Positions 61,128 to 64,000 of a stretch of 64,000 nucleotides of DNA are shown one piece after another. Both the position numbers and the translations under genes were made by a program. The notes under the pieces were generated by a model. The model ran no database searches and was not told the DNA's origin. It saw only the letters and a list, made by a program, of their open reading frames with translations. Within the stretch, counting starts at the first letter, position 1, and each line of letters begins with the position of its first letter. The stretch spans positions 28,768,001 through 28,832,000 of the forward strand of contig NC_087446.1 in assembly GCF_036321535.1 (NCBI RefSeq). The letters run 5' to 3'. This stretch comes from Camelus dromedarius. Its lineage: Eukaryota.

Positions 61128-63060
61128 GCCCAATGTCATATTCAAGAAACACGCCTAAAACAGAATGATAAAGAAAGCTTGAAAATAAAGGCATGTGGAA
61201 AATTACACTATGCAAATATAGGCAAACAGAAAGCAGAAATGGCAGAATGACAATCAGGTAAGAATTCAAGATCAAGACCACTGAGCAGAGAAAAGAGATG
61301 TATTATTGATATCTACAAGTACAATTAACGAATTCCTGTATACCAAAAACTACAACAGCAAAATACATAAAGCAAAACTCTGACAAGGACTGGCATAACT
61401 ATTATAAAAATCACAGCCATAGTAGGGAGTTTTGCATGAGAATTTGGCGAATCAAGCAGAAACAAATAAACAAGGATATGGAGATATAACTAACATAAAA
61501 AAAGACAATGTAAAATAAAAACAGTATTTTCCCTCTCTTCTTCTCCAAAGAAGAAATCAGAATATCAAGAACAAGATACCATTAGAAAAAGTCTAGGCCC
61601 AGTTTGTTTTACTGCAGAGTTTAACCTTCAAAGTAACAAATGAAAGTTCTGATAGTACCCCTTGCTGTCTCAATTCTCACTATACAACTTAGGAGCTGAA
61701 TATATTCAGAAAGATTCTTTGGTCACTCAACGCTTGAAAACAGATTCTTTGGCTTTCTCATCAAACCTTAGAAATCAAACATGATTCCACATGTGGTATC
61801 TCCATCTGAACTTCTGTTGTCTGAATTCAGGCATCAAATAGATTTGAATGTGAGGAAATATCTGTAATTCTTATTTGACCTATCTTACCTACCTCAAAAT
61901 ATTCTGGACTTTCAAAGATGACTGAAAACTACCAAGATGGTCTATTAAGATAACACAAGAACGCCTAAACTTAAAATATAAAAAAGCAAAAAAAGAAAAA
62001 CAATTTACTTATGAAAGCAAATGTTCTCAATAAAATATTAGCATATTGAATACATTCAGGTAATTAAAAAGTAATATAACATGACCATGTAAATACATTT
62101 TAGAAAACTATAATTATTACAGTATCAATTGAAAGGAAAAGTGCCTTTAGATACGAAAATATATTTTATATAAATATACCACAAAAATTCCTAATAAAAA
62201 CTCCTAATAAAATAAGAAAACATTATCATCTCTCACTTATCTAAATATTCTCATTCGTATTTTTGTTTCTTATTCTTATATTTCTTTTAAGAAATCTAAC
62301 TAAACATAGGAAAGAAATTTTAATAAAAGTAGCAACAAATATTTTATAAATGGTAAAATGTTTAACCCACTGCCATTAAAATCAGAATCAAATCAGGAAT
62401 TCCTTTTATCACTGTTATTTTTCAAATTATTTTACATGATTTGAATAATGCAATAAGGCAAAAAATTAAATCAACAGCATATATATGAGAAAAAGGAAGA
62501 TAAATTATGTTTATTTGCAAATTTTATATTGTATGCTTTAAGATCCCAAGACACACAACTAAAAATATACTAAATTAACAGGAAAACTTGGCAGGGCATC
62601 AGAATACAAGAAAAATATAGACAAAGGAATAGGTTTCTTAATATTACAGAGTTAAAAATGGACATATCTAATCATCCCACATACAGTAGAGATAAAAGGT
62701 ATAAATTATCTAGAAATATATTTAACAGGAAAAGAACATATGGGAAAATATACAAAGAAGTAAGATATGAATGAATGGACAAATTTAATTTTCCTAAATG
62801 GAAATATTTGATATCATTAAAATGTTAATATTTCCAAAAAGAACATAAATTTAATGCAGCTACAATTAAAATTTCAAAAGATTTTGTTTAAACCTTGTTG
62901 CATACATTAACATTTTATAATATATAAAATTTTAGAATAAAATAAAGAAATTTTTCTGAATAAAGGAAATTCTGAATATGAATCTTGTTAAAATGCTCAT
63001 CAAGCTCCAGAAATAATTTAATAGAATTTACACTGCCATCTATAAAGTATGAGAAGGCCT
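61128..63060 (+). mobile_element. Old L1M ORF2 remnants (endonuclease region 61128-61500; RT region about 61950-63060)
   Basis: caagaaacacgcctaaaacagaatg...cttgaaaataaaggc...cagaaagcagaaatggc (EN); ctgccattaaaatcagaatcaaatcaggaattccttttatcactg...tatgtttatttgca (RT, QGCPLSP/FADD region, decayed). Confidence 0.8.
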
Positions 63061-64000
63061 GTTCTACCAGATCCTCACCAGCACAAAACAAATACAATGA
63101 ATACCTATCCTCCCACTTACCTTACCTAAAAAATTTTAAAAAACATAACCAAAGCCATGGAAGCTCACTGTGCATACATATCAGATTACACTTCCCAGAC
63201 CCCCGAGGCACCACTCTTCCAAATTAGGAGTTTACCATTCTCATACACTGCTTTATAGTCTCACAATGTGTTATACACATAGAAATGTTTATATGTTTTT
63301 AAGTTTTAAATAAATGCATGCATTTCTCTACCATTGCTCTGTTTTGTTTTGGAAAACAGTATGTTTATAAGATGTTGATGCATTATTTAGCTCCAGCTCA
63401 TTCTAGTTTTTCATCTTCTGAAGCTCAAATCATCCTTGTGTTGGGTCTCCACTTCTATGAACTCCTCATTAATTTCTTTCATTGCCTTCTATTTTTCCAC
63501 CGCCTTCTCTGTGGTTCCTCTCAAGTCTACCCTCCATATTTCTTTTTTCAATGTTGATTCTGTTCCTCCCTCCTTCTAAAGCCATTTTCATTTCACATTC
63601 CCCCCTTTGATTTCTTTCTTCAGCCTGCCAGCTCGCCTTTCCATTCATCAGGACTTAAATTCCTTTGAGAGGATGGAGGAAATTTACTCTATTGTTTTTA
63701 ATTTCCTGAAGTAATTATTATTCTAATACGAATTATGTGCCACCTTGTTTTTACATGTCACATTCCTTTTTCATTGTTTTATAATTTGTGAGGAAATCCC
63801 ATTTTTCCTGCTTCTTCTTCAACTTTTATTGGGCACAATTTCATCTGGTCCTGATATTGCCCAATAGATTTGGTGGATTACCATAATATCCATTCAATGT
63901 TTTCTGGTCCCCTAGAATTGTCCCTGAGGACTCAAGTTGGAAACCTGAACATTTGAGAGAACATCACGTGTATTTTCTCAGTCATTCAGAAAACTGAGTG

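Noticed and set aside
1-64000. tRNA, rRNA, snRNA, 7SL, NUMT, CRISPR-like arrays, or an intact ERV/transposase gene.
   Set aside because: None recognised on either strand by eye; tRNAscan-SE, Infernal/Rfam and BLAST were not run.

Overview
Mammalian non-coding DNA, either a large intron or intergenic, from a gapped scaffold with three N-runs. Two gaps sit inside LINE-1 copies and one inside an L2. The young LINE-1 3' end at 57289-57395 resembles the camelid L1 3' UTR as I recall it, and I see no Alu, B1, BovB/Bov-tA, PRE1, SINEC or ERE SINEs, so a camelid (camel or alpaca) source is inferred but not proven. A large share of the window is decayed eutherian repeats: MIR, L2, L1M/L1ME/L1MB, MLT1/MLT2/MER34-type solo LTRs, and MER20/MER44/MER47/MER58 DNA transposons. 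I found no multi-exon coding structure, processed pseudogene, structural RNA gene or CRISPR-like array. The ORF track is explained by chance ORFs, microsatellites, N-gaps and LINE fragments. The best signal is a candidate 9-nt minus-strand microexon at 6637-6645 (GGTGGCACG), with a perfect GTAAGT donor, a pyrimidine tract and three UGC motifs in the SRRM3/4 (eMIC) position. If real, the window lies in a large minus-strand gene that I cannot name. Secondary points are an L2a fragment nested inside a younger MER44, a twin-primed inverted L1, a CpG-rich patch inside an ancient L2, CR1- and Tigger-like peptide relics, and several motif-dense candidate enhancers. I see no support for a wholly new biological system. 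Repeat family names come from recalled consensus sequences rather than a database search, and most repeat boundaries are approximate.
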